NCBI GenBank assembly: GCA_963662655.2
Contig: CAXXTU010000002.1
Span: forward strand, 768,001-832,000
Direction of reading: 5' to 3'
Length of the DNA: 64,000 bases
Origin: Candidatus Cloacimonadales bacterium
GTDB taxonomy: Bacteria; Cloacimonadota; Cloacimonadia; Cloacimonadales; JAIOQZ01
Shown here: positions 10,103-19,406 of the stretch, piece after piece
How the letters are laid out: every line of letters begins with the position of its first letter
Numbering within the stretch: position 1 is the first letter of the stretch
Program-made: the position numbers and the translations under genes
The notes under the pieces: model-generated
The model's database searches: none
What the model was told of the DNA's origin: nothing
The model's input: the letters and a program-made list of their open reading frames with translations, nothing else

Positions 10103-10130
10103 GCAATACACCTTGTATTGCGGGTGTCAA
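10103..10130 (-). promoter_or_regulatory. Putative sppA promoter with overlapping palindromic operator
   Basis: TTGACA on the minus strand (10125-10130). Perfect inverted repeat GCAATACA-CCT-TGTATTGC at 10103-10121 covers the spacer and -10 region. Confidence 0.4.
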
Positions 10131-10312
10131 GATTTTTTTTCAGGTCTGCGATTGGTTTGGTTGTGATGTTTTTGATTATTGTGCTTGCTGTGGATGAGAA
10201 CTCCAGCAGGAGTGGAATATCTACAAAATTTATATATCATTGTATCACGCTGTTATTATGTTAGTTAGGTCAGGCAAAAATAATGTAAGTGAATAAAAAG
10301 TCTCAAAAAACA

Positions 10313-10340
10313 TTGACATGGGGGCAGAAGAAGCTATTCT
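10313..10340 (+). promoter_or_regulatory. Sigma70-type promoter of the HDOD-kinase pair
   Basis: TTGACA-16 nt-TATTCT. Confidence 0.5.
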
Positions 10341-10380
10341 TTATTTTCGTAACTTTAAGATATTGTAAGCATGCAAACGG

Positions 10381-11268
10381 ATGGGGTCACGAATGGAAGA
10401 AAAAACGACTATGAATCTAGATGAATTGATTCAGAAGGTCAATCAATCTGAAATAGCCTCCATTCGCAATTCAATCCTTGAAATCCTCCGTGTCGTAACC
10501 GACCCCCAAACCAGCGCCAAGCAACTAACAGAGTTGATCGAGCGCGATCCTCCACTATCCGCAAGAATATTGCGACGAGCAAACTCCGTCTTCTACGGTT
10601 CAACGCGAAAGATATCCGAGATCCGGCAGGCGATCGTTCGCATCGGTTTTGATGTTGTGAAAGAACTGACCCTGACGCAGAAGGTGTGCGAGCTCTTCGA
10701 GTATGGGACGAAGCAAGATGGATTTTCCCGTATGGAGCTCTGGAAAAACAGCGTAGCCGTTGCGATCTGCGCAAAGACGATCTATCGTCAGGAGTTCGGT
10801 CAGAAGGGCGAGGAGGCTTACGCTGCCGGAATTCTGCACAATATCGGTCTTGTCGTGGAAGACCAGTTCATGCACGAGAAGTTTCTTGAGGTCGTCGATG
10901 TGAAGTCTATGATGAAAGACAACTTTCTGCATGCTGAAAGCTCCGTGTTCGGCATGAACCACGCTGAAATTGGCGGAGCGCTTGCTGAAAGCTGGAACCT
11001 GCCGCTGGAACTCGTCTGCGCCATACGGTTCCATCATGCGCCTTTCAAAGCGGAGAATGGATTGGGGCAGATCGTTATGGCGCTCTATCTGGCCGACTAC
11101 CTTTGCCAGTCCAACGGTATCGGTTTCTGCGATACGCCGTACGGAAACCGGCTGATGTTCCGTCGGTGCCTGAGCCATCTCGATATTAAGGACAAAGCTA
11201 CAGATTTCATCGTCCAGGATGTGGTTGCCGAGATAAAGAAGATGGAAAAGGCAGGATGGTTCGGATGA
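10381..11268 (+). CDS. HDOD-domain protein
   Basis: DPPLSARILRRANS.FYG, AIVRIG, AYAAGILHNIG, HAEIG..LAESWNLP..L..AIRFHH. Start may be 10393 or 10411. Confidence 0.9.
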   Translation: MGSRMEEKTTMNLDELIQKVNQSEIASIRNSILEILRVVTDPQTSAKQLTELIERDPPLSARILRRANSVFYGSTRKISEIRQAIVRIGFDVVKELTLTQKVCELFEYGTKQDGFSRMELWKNSVAVAICAKTIYRQEFGQKGEEAYAAGILHNIGLVVEDQFMHEKFLEVVDVKSMMKDNFLHAESSVFGMNHAEIGGALAESWNLPLELVCAIRFHHAPFKAENGLGQIVMALYLADYLCQSNGIGFCDTPYGNRLMFRRCLSHLDIKDKATDFIVQDVVAEIKKMEKAGWFG

Positions 11269-12617
11269 AGCGAAAGGCGATACGCAAGGGTAATGAACGG
11301 ATAATCAATCGCTTGCAGGAACAAGTGGAAGAGCTTGAGATCAAGCTGAAACATACACAAAACGATTTTGATCTGACCAAACAAGATTTCGAAGCCACGC
11401 AGGAGCAATATTTCGAGACGCTTTTACAAATCCAGAAGCAAGAGCAGGAGCAGAAGCGACTTCACAGCGTTTTACGCCACTCACAGCGAATGGAGGCGGT
11501 TGGTTTGCTTGCAGGCGGGATCGCCCACGATTTCAATAACCTGCTGACAGTATTCCAGGTTACGATCGAGATCATGATGAATCACGCTGATCGATCCGAC
11601 CCACTCTTCAAGCATGTGGACCAGCTCAATCGAGCTGTTGGAAGAGCTTCCGCTTTGACAAACCAATTGCTGGTATTCAGCCGGAAGCAGGTTCTCCAGC
11701 CGAGGGTGATGAACATCAACCACATCGTAAAAGAAGTTAGCGAGATGCTCAGGAGGCTCATCGGTGAAAATATCGAGGTCGATATGTTCCTCGAAGAGGA
11801 TTTGGGGAATGTCAAGGCCGATCCCGGTCAGATCGAGCAGGTTTTGCTCAACCTGATCATCAATGCGCGCGACGCGATGCCGAACGGCGGTAAATTGACC
11901 ATCGAGACCTGCAATATCGAGTTTGACGACGTATATCTGAATTCGCATCCAGATGTAAACGAGGGATCGCATGTGATGCTGGCCGTGTCCGATAGCGGTG
12001 TCGGCATGGACAAGATCACCCAGGAGAAGATTTTCGATCCGTTCTTCACCACGAAAGATAAAGAGAGTTTCTCGGGGCTGGGACTTGCGATGGTCTGGGG
12101 GATTGTCCGGCAATCCGATGGGCAGATATGGGTTTACAGCGAGCCGAACCTCGGCACGACCTTCAAGATATACCTGCCGCTTGTGGATGGCGAGGCGCAG
12201 CCGCTGGATCAGTATCATTTCCAGCCTCTGGATATCCGTGGAAGCGAAACGATCCTCGTGGTCGAGGACGAGGAGGACGTGAGACAGCTGATCTCGGAAG
12301 CTCTTTACAATCAGGGGTATCGTGTGATCGAGGCCTCGGACGGTACGGAAGGTTACGAAAAGATGATCGAGCACAAGAACGAGATCGATATGGTTGTTAC
12401 GGATCTGATCATGCCTCATCTCAGCGGGAAGATGATGGCTGCGAAGATTCTAGAGAAATTGCCACAGACAAAGATTCTATTCATGTCCGGATACACCGAC
12501 GATATGATCGCCAACAACGGCATCCTCATTGAGGGAACCCATTTTATACAAAAACCTTTCAAGCTCCGTGATTTGCTTCATCGCGTAAAGGCCATCATCG
12601 AGGGGAGCGAGAAATAG
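11265..12617 (+). CDS. Cytoplasmic hybrid histidine kinase-receiver (CckA-like) with only a coiled-coil N-terminus
   Basis: H-box [35 protein letters not shown]-terminal receiver (VVEDE, TDLIMP, FIQKPF). ATGA overlap with the HDOD gene. Confidence 0.9.
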   Translation: MKRKAIRKGNERIINRLQEQVEELEIKLKHTQNDFDLTKQDFEATQEQYFETLLQIQKQEQEQKRLHSVLRHSQRMEAVGLLAGGIAHDFNNLLTVFQVTIEIMMNHADRSDPLFKHVDQLNRAVGRASALTNQLLVFSRKQVLQPRVMNINHIVKEVSEMLRRLIGENIEVDMFLEEDLGNVKADPGQIEQVLLNLIINARDAMPNGGKLTIETCNIEFDDVYLNSHPDVNEGSHVMLAVSDSGVGMDKITQEKIFDPFFTTKDKESFSGLGLAMVWGIVRQSDGQIWVYSEPNLGTTFKIYLPLVDGEAQPLDQYHFQPLDIRGSETILVVEDEEDVRQLISEALYNQGYRVIEASDGTEGYEKMIEHKNEIDMVVTDLIMPHLSGKMMAAKILEKLPQTKILFMSGYTDDMIANNGILIEGTHFIQKPFKLRDLLHRVKAIIEGSEK

Positions 12618-12635
12618 CAATCTGCTTACCGTCGC

Positions 12636-12748
12636 GGCATCTTCGCCCGATCTCCCTTTAAAAGTGGATATACCACATCATAGGACTATCGAACGCAATA
12701 ATATGATGTGGAACACCACGTTTAAAGGGAGATCGAACGAATCTGCTC
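12636..12748. repeat. Structured repeat family 1, copy B (113 nt)
   Basis: Same conserved blocks as copy A. Stems CGATCTCCCTTTAAA/TTTAAAGGGAGATCG, GTGG/CCAC, CCACATCATA/TATGATGTGG. Confidence 0.9.
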
Positions 12749-12832
12749 ACGACTCTCGATTATAGTAATCGCAAGAACTCCCTGAGATTTCCATTGACGC
12801 GCTCGCCGTCCCGGTGAAGATTGCCATCAAGA

Positions 12833-12903
12833 ATCAGGGGTGCTCGTAGCGGCTGAGATTAGACCCTAAGAACCTGATCCGGGTAATTCCGGCGTAGGGA
12901 GTA
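12833..12903 (+). promoter_or_regulatory. TPP (THI-box) riboswitch
   Basis: AGGGGTGC...GCTGAGA...ACCC...AACCTGATCCGGGTAATTCCGGCGTAGGGA matches the TPP aptamer consensus and lies upstream of thiamine genes. Confidence 0.93.
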
Positions 12904-12983
12904 TGCTACATATTGTACGATCGTACTAAAATTTCTCCCCCAACGATCAACCGACTCACGGGCAACCAACAAAGGGGGATAAA

Positions 12984-13760
12984 ATGGAACAACTTGTTTC
13001 AACAGCAATTCTGGAAACCTATTTCAAGAAACTGCGCGATTCGCTCAACGTGGATGCCGCCATCGTGGGCGGGGGACCTTCCGGACTGGTTTGCGCGGAG
13101 ACGCTTGCCGGAATGGGCAAGAAGGTCGCGCTCTTCGAGAAGAAGCTCGCGCCCGGCGGAGGCATGTGGGGCGGAGCGATGCTCTTCAACCAGATCGTGG
13201 TGCAGAAGGAAGCAATTCACATTCTCGATGAGTATGGAATCACCCACGAGCATTTTGAAGGAGACTACTATACCTGCGACTCCGTGGAAGCGACCGCCGC
13301 GCTGATCTACCGCGCGAAGAAGGCCGGTGTGACGATATTCAACGGCGTCGCCATCGAGGACGTGGTGTTTCTCAACGAGAAAGTCAGCGGACTGGTGATC
13401 AATTGGACGCCCGTCATGCACATGGGTATGCACGTGGATCCGATGGTCGTGATGGCGAAAACGGTGCTCGACGGAACCGGACATCCATGTGAGATCACGC
13501 AGGTCGTGGCCAACAAGAACGGCATCAAGCTCGATACGCCGACCGGCGATGTAGCCGGCGAGCGGTCGCTGGCAGTGGGCGAGGGCGAGAAAGCGACCGT
13601 TGAGAACACGCGCGAGATTTTCCCGGGACTGTTCGTGAGCGGCATGGCTGCCAACGGCGTTCATGGCGCGTTCCGCATGGGCCCGATCTTCGGAGGCATG
13701 CTGCTCTCCGGCAAGAAAGCGGCGAAGATCATGGCGGAATCGATTGACGGACAGTCATGA
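12984..13760 (+). CDS. thi4: Sulfide-dependent thiazole synthase (Thi4 family, non-Cys type)
   Basis: IVGGGPSGL, GGGMWGGAMLF, MHVDP, DGTGH, RMGPIFGGMLLSG. Confidence 0.92.
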   Translation: MEQLVSTAILETYFKKLRDSLNVDAAIVGGGPSGLVCAETLAGMGKKVALFEKKLAPGGGMWGGAMLFNQIVVQKEAIHILDEYGITHEHFEGDYYTCDSVEATAALIYRAKKAGVTIFNGVAIEDVVFLNEKVSGLVINWTPVMHMGMHVDPMVVMAKTVLDGTGHPCEITQVVANKNGIKLDTPTGDVAGERSLAVGEGEKATVENTREIFPGLFVSGMAANGVHGAFRMGPIFGGMLLSGKKAAKIMAESIDGQS

Positions 13761-14371
13761 AAGATTTCGGACTGTACGCCATCATGACATCGCCCCGCGC
13801 GGGGCACCGGAGATTTGCCGAAATCTGCGTGGAGGAAGGGGTTTGCATCCTGCAACTGCGCGAGAAGAATCTGCCTGACGGGCAACTCGTCGCCATTGCG
13901 AACGACATCCGCGCCATAACGAAGGGAACCGGCACGAGCTTCGTCGTCAACGACCGTGCCGATATCGCTGCCAGGTGCCATGCGGATGGCCTCCACCTGG
14001 GGCAGAGCGACATGGACATCGAGAAAGCGCGCGATATCTTCGACGGGATTATTGGGCTTTCCACGCACTCGATCCGGCAGGCGAAAGACGCGCTGGAGAA
14101 GCAGCCGGACTACATCGGCTTCGGGCCTGTGTACGCCACGCCAACCAAGGCGATCCCCGATCCGGTTGTCGGAACGGAGCTGCTTGCGGAAGTCGCGCGA
14201 TTCGCGAATATACCGGTCGTGGCGATTGGCGGGATTTTCCCGGAAAACCTCCCGGAAATTCTTCGGACCGGAGCGCGGAACGTTGCGCTGGTTCGCTTCC
14301 TCATGGAGGTTGAAGACCCGCGTGAACGCATCCGCTTCTTGCAGAAAACCATTCAAAATTCACAGGAGTAA
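13757..14371 (+). CDS. thiE: Thiamine-phosphate synthase
   Basis: QLREK, VNDRAD, GLHLGQSD, GLSTHS, GPVYATPTK, VAIGGI. Confidence 0.93.
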   Translation: MKDFGLYAIMTSPRAGHRRFAEICVEEGVCILQLREKNLPDGQLVAIANDIRAITKGTGTSFVVNDRADIAARCHADGLHLGQSDMDIEKARDIFDGIIGLSTHSIRQAKDALEKQPDYIGFGPVYATPTKAIPDPVVGTELLAEVARFANIPVVAIGGIFPENLPEILRTGARNVALVRFLMEVEDPRERIRFLQKTIQNSQE

Positions 14372-14375
14372 TACT

Positions 14376-15668
14376 ATGACACAAATAGAAAGCGCAAAAC
14401 AGGGAATTATCACGGAGGAAATGCGCCAGGTTGCCGCCGACGAGATGCTCGAAGCCGAGTACATTCGCCAGGGGCTGGCGGACGGAACCATCGTGATCCC
14501 GCACAATATCAACCATAAATTCCCGGCCCGAGGCATCGGCAAGGGACTTAAGACCAAGACGAACGCGAACATCGGCACCTCGGCTGACCACTGCAACCTT
14601 AAGGAAGAGATCGACAAGCTGCACATCGCCATCAAGCACGGCGTCGACAGTGTCATGGACCTCTCGACTGCCGGGAAGCTCGATTTCGCGCTCAAGACGA
14701 TGCTCAACGAATCCAGCGTGATGGTGGGAACCGTGCCGATCTACTCGGTGGTCTCCAAGCTCGCGCAAGACGGCAAGGACATCCTCTCGATGACCTCCGA
14801 CATGTTTTTCAAAGAGATCGAGCTGCAAGCGAAGTTCGGCGTCGATTTCATCACGGTTCACTGCGGGATCACGCGCCGCTCTATATCGTTCTTCGAAAAC
14901 GATCCCCGCTTGCTGGGCGTGGTGAGTCGCGGCGGTTCGCTTCTCAAGCGATGGATGATGTACCACGATCTCGAAAACCCCATCTTCGAGGAATTCGACA
15001 GGCTCTTGGACATCTGCCGCAAGTACGATGTCACGCTCAGCCTCGGCGACGGTTTTCGTCCCGGTGCGCAGGCGGATGCGACCGACCGTGGTCAGATCGC
15101 GGAATTGCTTGTGCTGGGTGAACTGGTCGACCGCGCGCGGGAAGCAGGCGTACAGGCAATGGTGGAAGGACCGGGGCATGTTCCCCTCAACGAGATCGTG
15201 ACCAACGTTCAGATTCAGAAGAAGCTCTGCAACAACGCGCCCTTCTACGTACTCGGTCCGCTTACGACGGATATCGCACCGGGCTACGACCACATCACGA
15301 GCGCCATCGGCGGCGCGATTGCGGCGGCAGCGGGAGTGGATTTCCTCTGCTATGTCACCCCGTCCGAGCACCTCTGTCTCCCCACGGAAGACGACGTTCG
15401 CAAAGGCGTTATCGCTGCCCGTCTCGCGGGGCACAGCGGCGACATCGCGAAGGGCATTCGCGGCGCGATCGAGAAGGACCACATCGTCTCCAAGGCTCGC
15501 AGGGAATTCGATTGGGAAACCATCTACAAGTATTCCCTGGATCCGGAGCTCGCGCGCGACCGCAAGGAGAATTCCGAGAGCGGGGGAGAAGACCATTGCT
15601 CGATGTGCGGAGAACTTTGTGCGGTAAAGACCGATCGTAAGTCGGCGGAGGAAATCGCGAAGAAATGA
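14376..15668 (+). CDS. thiC: Phosphomethylpyrimidine synthase (short type)
   Basis: Start MTQIESAKQG. NANIGTS, MDLST, GTVPIY, VSRGGS, LGDGFRPG, EGPGH, GYDH, EHL, CSMCGELC. Confidence 0.96.
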   Translation: MTQIESAKQGIITEEMRQVAADEMLEAEYIRQGLADGTIVIPHNINHKFPARGIGKGLKTKTNANIGTSADHCNLKEEIDKLHIAIKHGVDSVMDLSTAGKLDFALKTMLNESSVMVGTVPIYSVVSKLAQDGKDILSMTSDMFFKEIELQAKFGVDFITVHCGITRRSISFFENDPRLLGVVSRGGSLLKRWMMYHDLENPIFEEFDRLLDICRKYDVTLSLGDGFRPGAQADATDRGQIAELLVLGELVDRAREAGVQAMVEGPGHVPLNEIVTNVQIQKKLCNNAPFYVLGPLTTDIAPGYDHITSAIGGAIAAAAGVDFLCYVTPSEHLCLPTEDDVRKGVIAARLAGHSGDIAKGIRGAIEKDHIVSKARREFDWETIYKYSLDPELARDRKENSESGGEDHCSMCGELCAVKTDRKSAEEIAKK

Positions 15669-16411
15669 AGCAGCCCTTCGTACTCTCCATCGCGGCAAGC
15701 GATAGCTCGGGAGGAGCCGGAATCCAGCAGGACATGCGCACGGCAATCGATTTCAACTGCTGGCTCCTGAACGCCGTAACCGGTGTGACCGTTCAGGATT
15801 TCAAGGGATTGTACCGCGTCGAACATGTGTCGACGGAGATCATTCGCTTCCAGATCGAGAGGGCCTTGAGCGCTTTCGACGTGAAGGCCGTGAAGATCGG
15901 GGCGGTTTGCGACAAAGAGGCGATCCCCGTCATTGCAAACGCGCTACGGGGAGTATCGCAGGTGATTCTCGATCCGGTATTCTCGCCAACCAAAGGTGAA
16001 GCGTTTCTCGGTGAAAACCTCCGGGAATTGTATGAACCTTTACTTGAGAAAGCGAGACTTATCACGCCGAATCGTAACGAGTTGGAAACCATTTCCGGCT
16101 CTCCGGTCGCAACGTACGACGATGCTGTGGAAGCCGCGTACGCCTTGCAGAAGAAGTTTGGTTGCGGCATCCTGATCAAATGCGGTCATTTCACAGAGGA
16201 GCCCTTGCGGGATATCCTGATCGATGCCGGTAGGGAGTACCATTTCGCCAGGAAGAAGAAGAACTGGAAGTACTCGCACGGCACCGGATGTATGCTTTCC
16301 ACAGCCATCGCTGCCTGCGTTGCGTGGGGTATCAATATGCCGGAGGCTGTCAAAAAAGCTTCCGATTACCTTGAAAAGAAATACGATGTATTGAATGAGA
16401 TGTTTGCCTGA
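15665..16411 (+). CDS. thiD: HMP/HMP-P kinase
   Basis: SIAASDSSGGAGIQQD, VKIG, DPV, ITPN..E, HGTGCMLS. Confidence 0.9.
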   Translation: MKQPFVLSIAASDSSGGAGIQQDMRTAIDFNCWLLNAVTGVTVQDFKGLYRVEHVSTEIIRFQIERALSAFDVKAVKIGAVCDKEAIPVIANALRGVSQVILDPVFSPTKGEAFLGENLRELYEPLLEKARLITPNRNELETISGSPVATYDDAVEAAYALQKKFGCGILIKCGHFTEEPLRDILIDAGREYHFARKKKNWKYSHGTGCMLSTAIAACVAWGINMPEAVKKASDYLEKKYDVLNEMFA

Positions 16412-16443
16412 ATTAACTCGGGAAGGCAGCATTCTAAGTGCGG

Positions 16444-16559
16444 GAGCAGATTCGTTCGATCTCCTTTTTCAGCGTGGTGTTCCACATCGTTTTTTTAAGT
16501 TCGATAGTCCCGACGATGTGGTATATCCACGTTGAAAAAGGAGATCGGGCGAAGATGCC
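16444..16559. repeat. Structured repeat family 1, copy C (116 nt, inverted relative to A, B, D)
   Basis: Reverse complement reads GGCATCTTCGCC-CGATCTCCTTTTTCAACGTGG-ATATA-CCACATCGT...GACTATCGAAC...ACGATGTGG-AACA-CCACGCTGAAAAAGGAGATCG-AACGAATCTGCTC. Confidence 0.9.
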
Positions 16560-16573
16560 TCGCGCGTCTCAGG

Positions 16574-19009
16574 CTATGTAACCTGATCCAGTATTTCTCG
16601 CACCTTGTTCAAGAACGCATGGCGGCTGAACGGCTTGTTCAATAGCTGCAATTTCTCCTCGATCACGAACTTGTTGCTCATCGCGTTAAGGCTGTAACCG
16701 CTCACGAAGAGGAATTTGATGTCCTTCTTGCAATCGAGGAGCCTTTCACGAACAATCCTGCCACTGAATTTCGGTAGAATAACATCCAGAATCGCCAGTT
16801 CAATTTCATCCTGATGTTGGCAGAAAACTTCGATCGCCTCTTCGCCATCTTTCGCTTTCAGCACCTTGTATCCCGCTTTTTCGAGGATCATCGACGAGAG
16901 ATCGAGGAGCATTTGCTCGTCTTCAACAATCAAAACGGTCTCGCTGCCACCGCGAATCTCGGTTTGCTCGGACTGATCAAAGGTGATTTTACCATCTCCC
17001 GAGAGAGGGAAGTATATTTTGAAGGTTGTCCCCTTGCCGGGTTCGCTGTAAACGTAAATCATTCCATCATGCTGCTTGATGATTCCGTAAACCGTCGCCA
17101 GGCCAAGCCCGGTTCCTTTACCCACCTCTTTCGTCGTAAAGAAGGGCTCGAAGATTTTCTCACGCGTCTCCTTATCCATTCCCAAGCCGTTGTCGGAAAT
17201 GGTGAGTACGGCGTAATCTCCCACTCTGGCCCACGGGTAGATTCTCTGATAGTCTTCCGTAATATGGAAGTTCTTCGTCTCGATGATCAAGGATCCGCCG
17301 TCTGGCATGGCGTCCCGAGCGTTTACGCACAAGTTGATCACGACTTGGTCGATCTGTGCAGGATCTGCATAAACCATCCCAAGGTTTTCATCCAGATGGA
17401 ACTCAAGCTCGATATCAGCCCCGATTAAACGCGTAAGGATCTTGAAGAGTTCCCTGATCAGGGCATTCAAGTTGAGATACGTCGGTTGTATTACCTGCTT
17501 CCTGCTGAAGGTGAGAAGCTGCCCCGTCATGCGAGCAGCCTTGTGGGCCGCTTCGTTGATTTGAACGAGACATTCTTTGAAGTCGTCGACTTCTTCGGGT
17601 CCAAACTCGTCATGCAGGAGACTGATCTCCGTGTATCCCAGGATAATCTGTAGAAGGTTGTTGAAATCGTGAGCAATGCCCCCTGCAAGATGCCCGATTG
17701 CCTCCATCTTCATCGCTTGTGTCAATTGCTTATGCAACAGGTTCTTCTCTGTTTGATCGATGCACGCGCCTACCCACCGGACAGGTTTTCCGCCTTTATC
17801 CAGTTGCGGAACGGCGTAATCGTCCCACTCGCGCCAGTTTCCGCCTTTCGTCTGGATACGGTAACTTTCTTTGATCGGCGTCGGATCGAATCTATGATGC
17901 ATGACGGATTGCTCGAACGCGTCTCTGTCATCGGGATGGATGTGATTGATCCACTCCTGCATTTTCTCGCCAAATTCGCCTTTGTTGTAACCCAACGCCT
18001 CGTCGATATCACCGTACCACTTGATCGTGTCCTTCTCGATGTCCCATTCGTAAATCAAATCCGTTACGGTGCTTGCTGCAAGCCTGAACCGCTGCTCGCT
18101 CTGGAACAATGCTCTGCGAGCGGTCTCCGTCTTCGTAATATCTCGAGAAATTCCCTGAATCTCAAAGACCTGCCCTTCATGATTATACAGCGGAACGATT
18201 CTCGTCTCGATAAACACCGGTTCATCGTTTGCGTTACGAATCTCGAACTCGAACACCTCCTCCGTGCTTATACTCTCGATGGGATTGGCCAAGTTGTTGA
18301 TCGCATCCGTAAGTGGCGGATGATTGAACAGGATATTGATATTCTGGTCAAGAAGGTTTCCGTAATCATATCCCAGCATCTTTTTTATAGAAGGGCTTAC
18401 GTAGCTGAATTTTCCTCGCGGCGTGGCTCGCCATACGATATCCGAAATATGCTCGATGAGCTCCCTGAAACGGGATTCGCTCTTGCGGAGTTCATTTTCC
18501 GTCAGCTTGCGGTTATTGATCTCGATCTGGAGCTCTTTCACCTTCTTCTCGAGCTTGTCGGAGAGTACTTGCGTGTATTTTTTGTCCAGAGAGTCATCCG
18601 ATTCGGTTATCGGGTTCGTCGAGGGTATCCTGCCTTCTTCAATATCCTGTGTGTAGCTATTGATTATTTCGATTAAACGCTCGGGTTCTTCCGGTTTGAT
18701 GATGAAGCGATCAGCGCCGAGACTCAGGGCAAAGAGTTCGTCTTTGGGCTCGGTGTATGTGGCGGTATAGAAGATAAATGGTATCTGGCTGAGCACGACA
18801 TCGCGCTTCCACCGACGGCAAAGTTCGAATCCGTCCATCACGGGCATCAGGATATCCGAAATAATCAAATCGGGTTTGCTTTTGTGAGCTTCCTCGAGCG
18901 CTTGGGCTCCATTCTCGGCAGAAACAACGTCATGCCCGTAGCCTTGCAGCAACATCTGCAGCAAGTATCGATTCTCTTGTATATCGTCGACGATTAATAA
19001 TTTGCTCAT
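16574..19009 (-). CDS. Hybrid kinase REC-PAS-PAS-HisKA-HATPase-REC
   Basis: N-terminal receiver (LIVDD, SDILMP), two PAS/PAC segments, [17 protein letters not shown]-terminal receiver. Confidence 0.9.
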   Translation of the reverse strand: MSKLLIVDDIQENRYLLQMLLQGYGHDVVSAENGAQALEEAHKSKPDLIISDILMPVMDGFELCRRWKRDVVLSQIPFIFYTATYTEPKDELFALSLGADRFIIKPEEPERLIEIINSYTQDIEEGRIPSTNPITESDDSLDKKYTQVLSDKLEKKVKELQIEINNRKLTENELRKSESRFRELIEHISDIVWRATPRGKFSYVSPSIKKMLGYDYGNLLDQNINILFNHPPLTDAINNLANPIESISTEEVFEFEIRNANDEPVFIETRIVPLYNHEGQVFEIQGISRDITKTETARRALFQSEQRFRLAASTVTDLIYEWDIEKDTIKWYGDIDEALGYNKGEFGEKMQEWINHIHPDDRDAFEQSVMHHRFDPTPIKESYRIQTKGGNWREWDDYAVPQLDKGGKPVRWVGACIDQTEKNLLHKQLTQAMKMEAIGHLAGGIAHDFNNLLQIILGYTEISLLHDEFGPEEVDDFKECLVQINEAAHKAARMTGQLLTFSRKQVIQPTYLNLNALIRELFKILTRLIGADIELEFHLDENLGMVYADPAQIDQVVINLCVNARDAMPDGGSLIIETKNFHITEDYQRIYPWARVGDYAVLTISDNGLGMDKETREKIFEPFFTTKEVGKGTGLGLATVYGIIKQHDGMIYVYSEPGKGTTFKIYFPLSGDGKITFDQSEQTEIRGGSETVLIVEDEQMLLDLSSMILEKAGYKVLKAKDGEEAIEVFCQHQDEIELAILDVILPKFSGRIVRERLLDCKKDIKFLFVSGYSLNAMSNKFVIEEKLQLLNKPFSRHAFLNKVREILDQVT

Positions 19010-19012
19010 GTT

Positions 19013-19399
19013 CTATCCTCTGTCAGAAGATTCTCCGCTGTATCTCATCACTTCACCGATGAATGTATCCGGATTGATTGGTTTCTCGATGTAACCTGTG
19101 CAGCCGGCTTCCAATGCCTTCTCCTTGTCGCCCGGCATCGCATAGGAGGTAACAGCGATAATTGGTGTTTCTTTAACATCGGGCAATTTACGCAACTCTT
19201 GAGCAACTTCGTACCCGTTCATTTCGGGAAGCTGAATATCGAGCAGAATGACATCGGGACGATCGTGGGCGACAAGCTCGATGCCGTCCAACCCGTTCAT
19301 GGCATATATTACTTGAAATCCGCTCATCTCGAGCAGGTATTTGATCAGATACAGATTCTTCTCATTGTCCTCTATGATACATACTTTTCGCTTATCCAT
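19013..19399 (-). CDS. Single-domain response regulator (DivK/CheY-like)
   Basis: IIEDNE, LLDIQLP, AVTSYAM, YIEKPI. Confidence 0.9.
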   Translation of the reverse strand: MDKRKVCIIEDNEKNLYLIKYLLEMSGFQVIYAMNGLDGIELVAHDRPDVILLDIQLPEMNGYEVAQELRKLPDVKETPIIAVTSYAMPGDKEKALEAGCTGYIEKPINPDTFIGEVMRYSGESSDRG

Positions 19400-19406
19400 T
19401 CGATCC

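Noticed and set aside
13956..14375. Apparent N-terminal extensions of ThiC (also HdrA 46721-46960, GNAT 36604-36876, MvhG 44005-44070)
   Set aside because: They overlap upstream genes, promoter regions or repeats. Downstream starts with good RBS match the family N-termini.
14301..15746. Long antisense ORFs (also 39554-40807, 41810-43060, 45485-46513, 53898-55082 and similar)
   Set aside because: These are shadows of well-supported genes on the opposite strand, expected from GC-biased codon usage, with no recognisable motifs.
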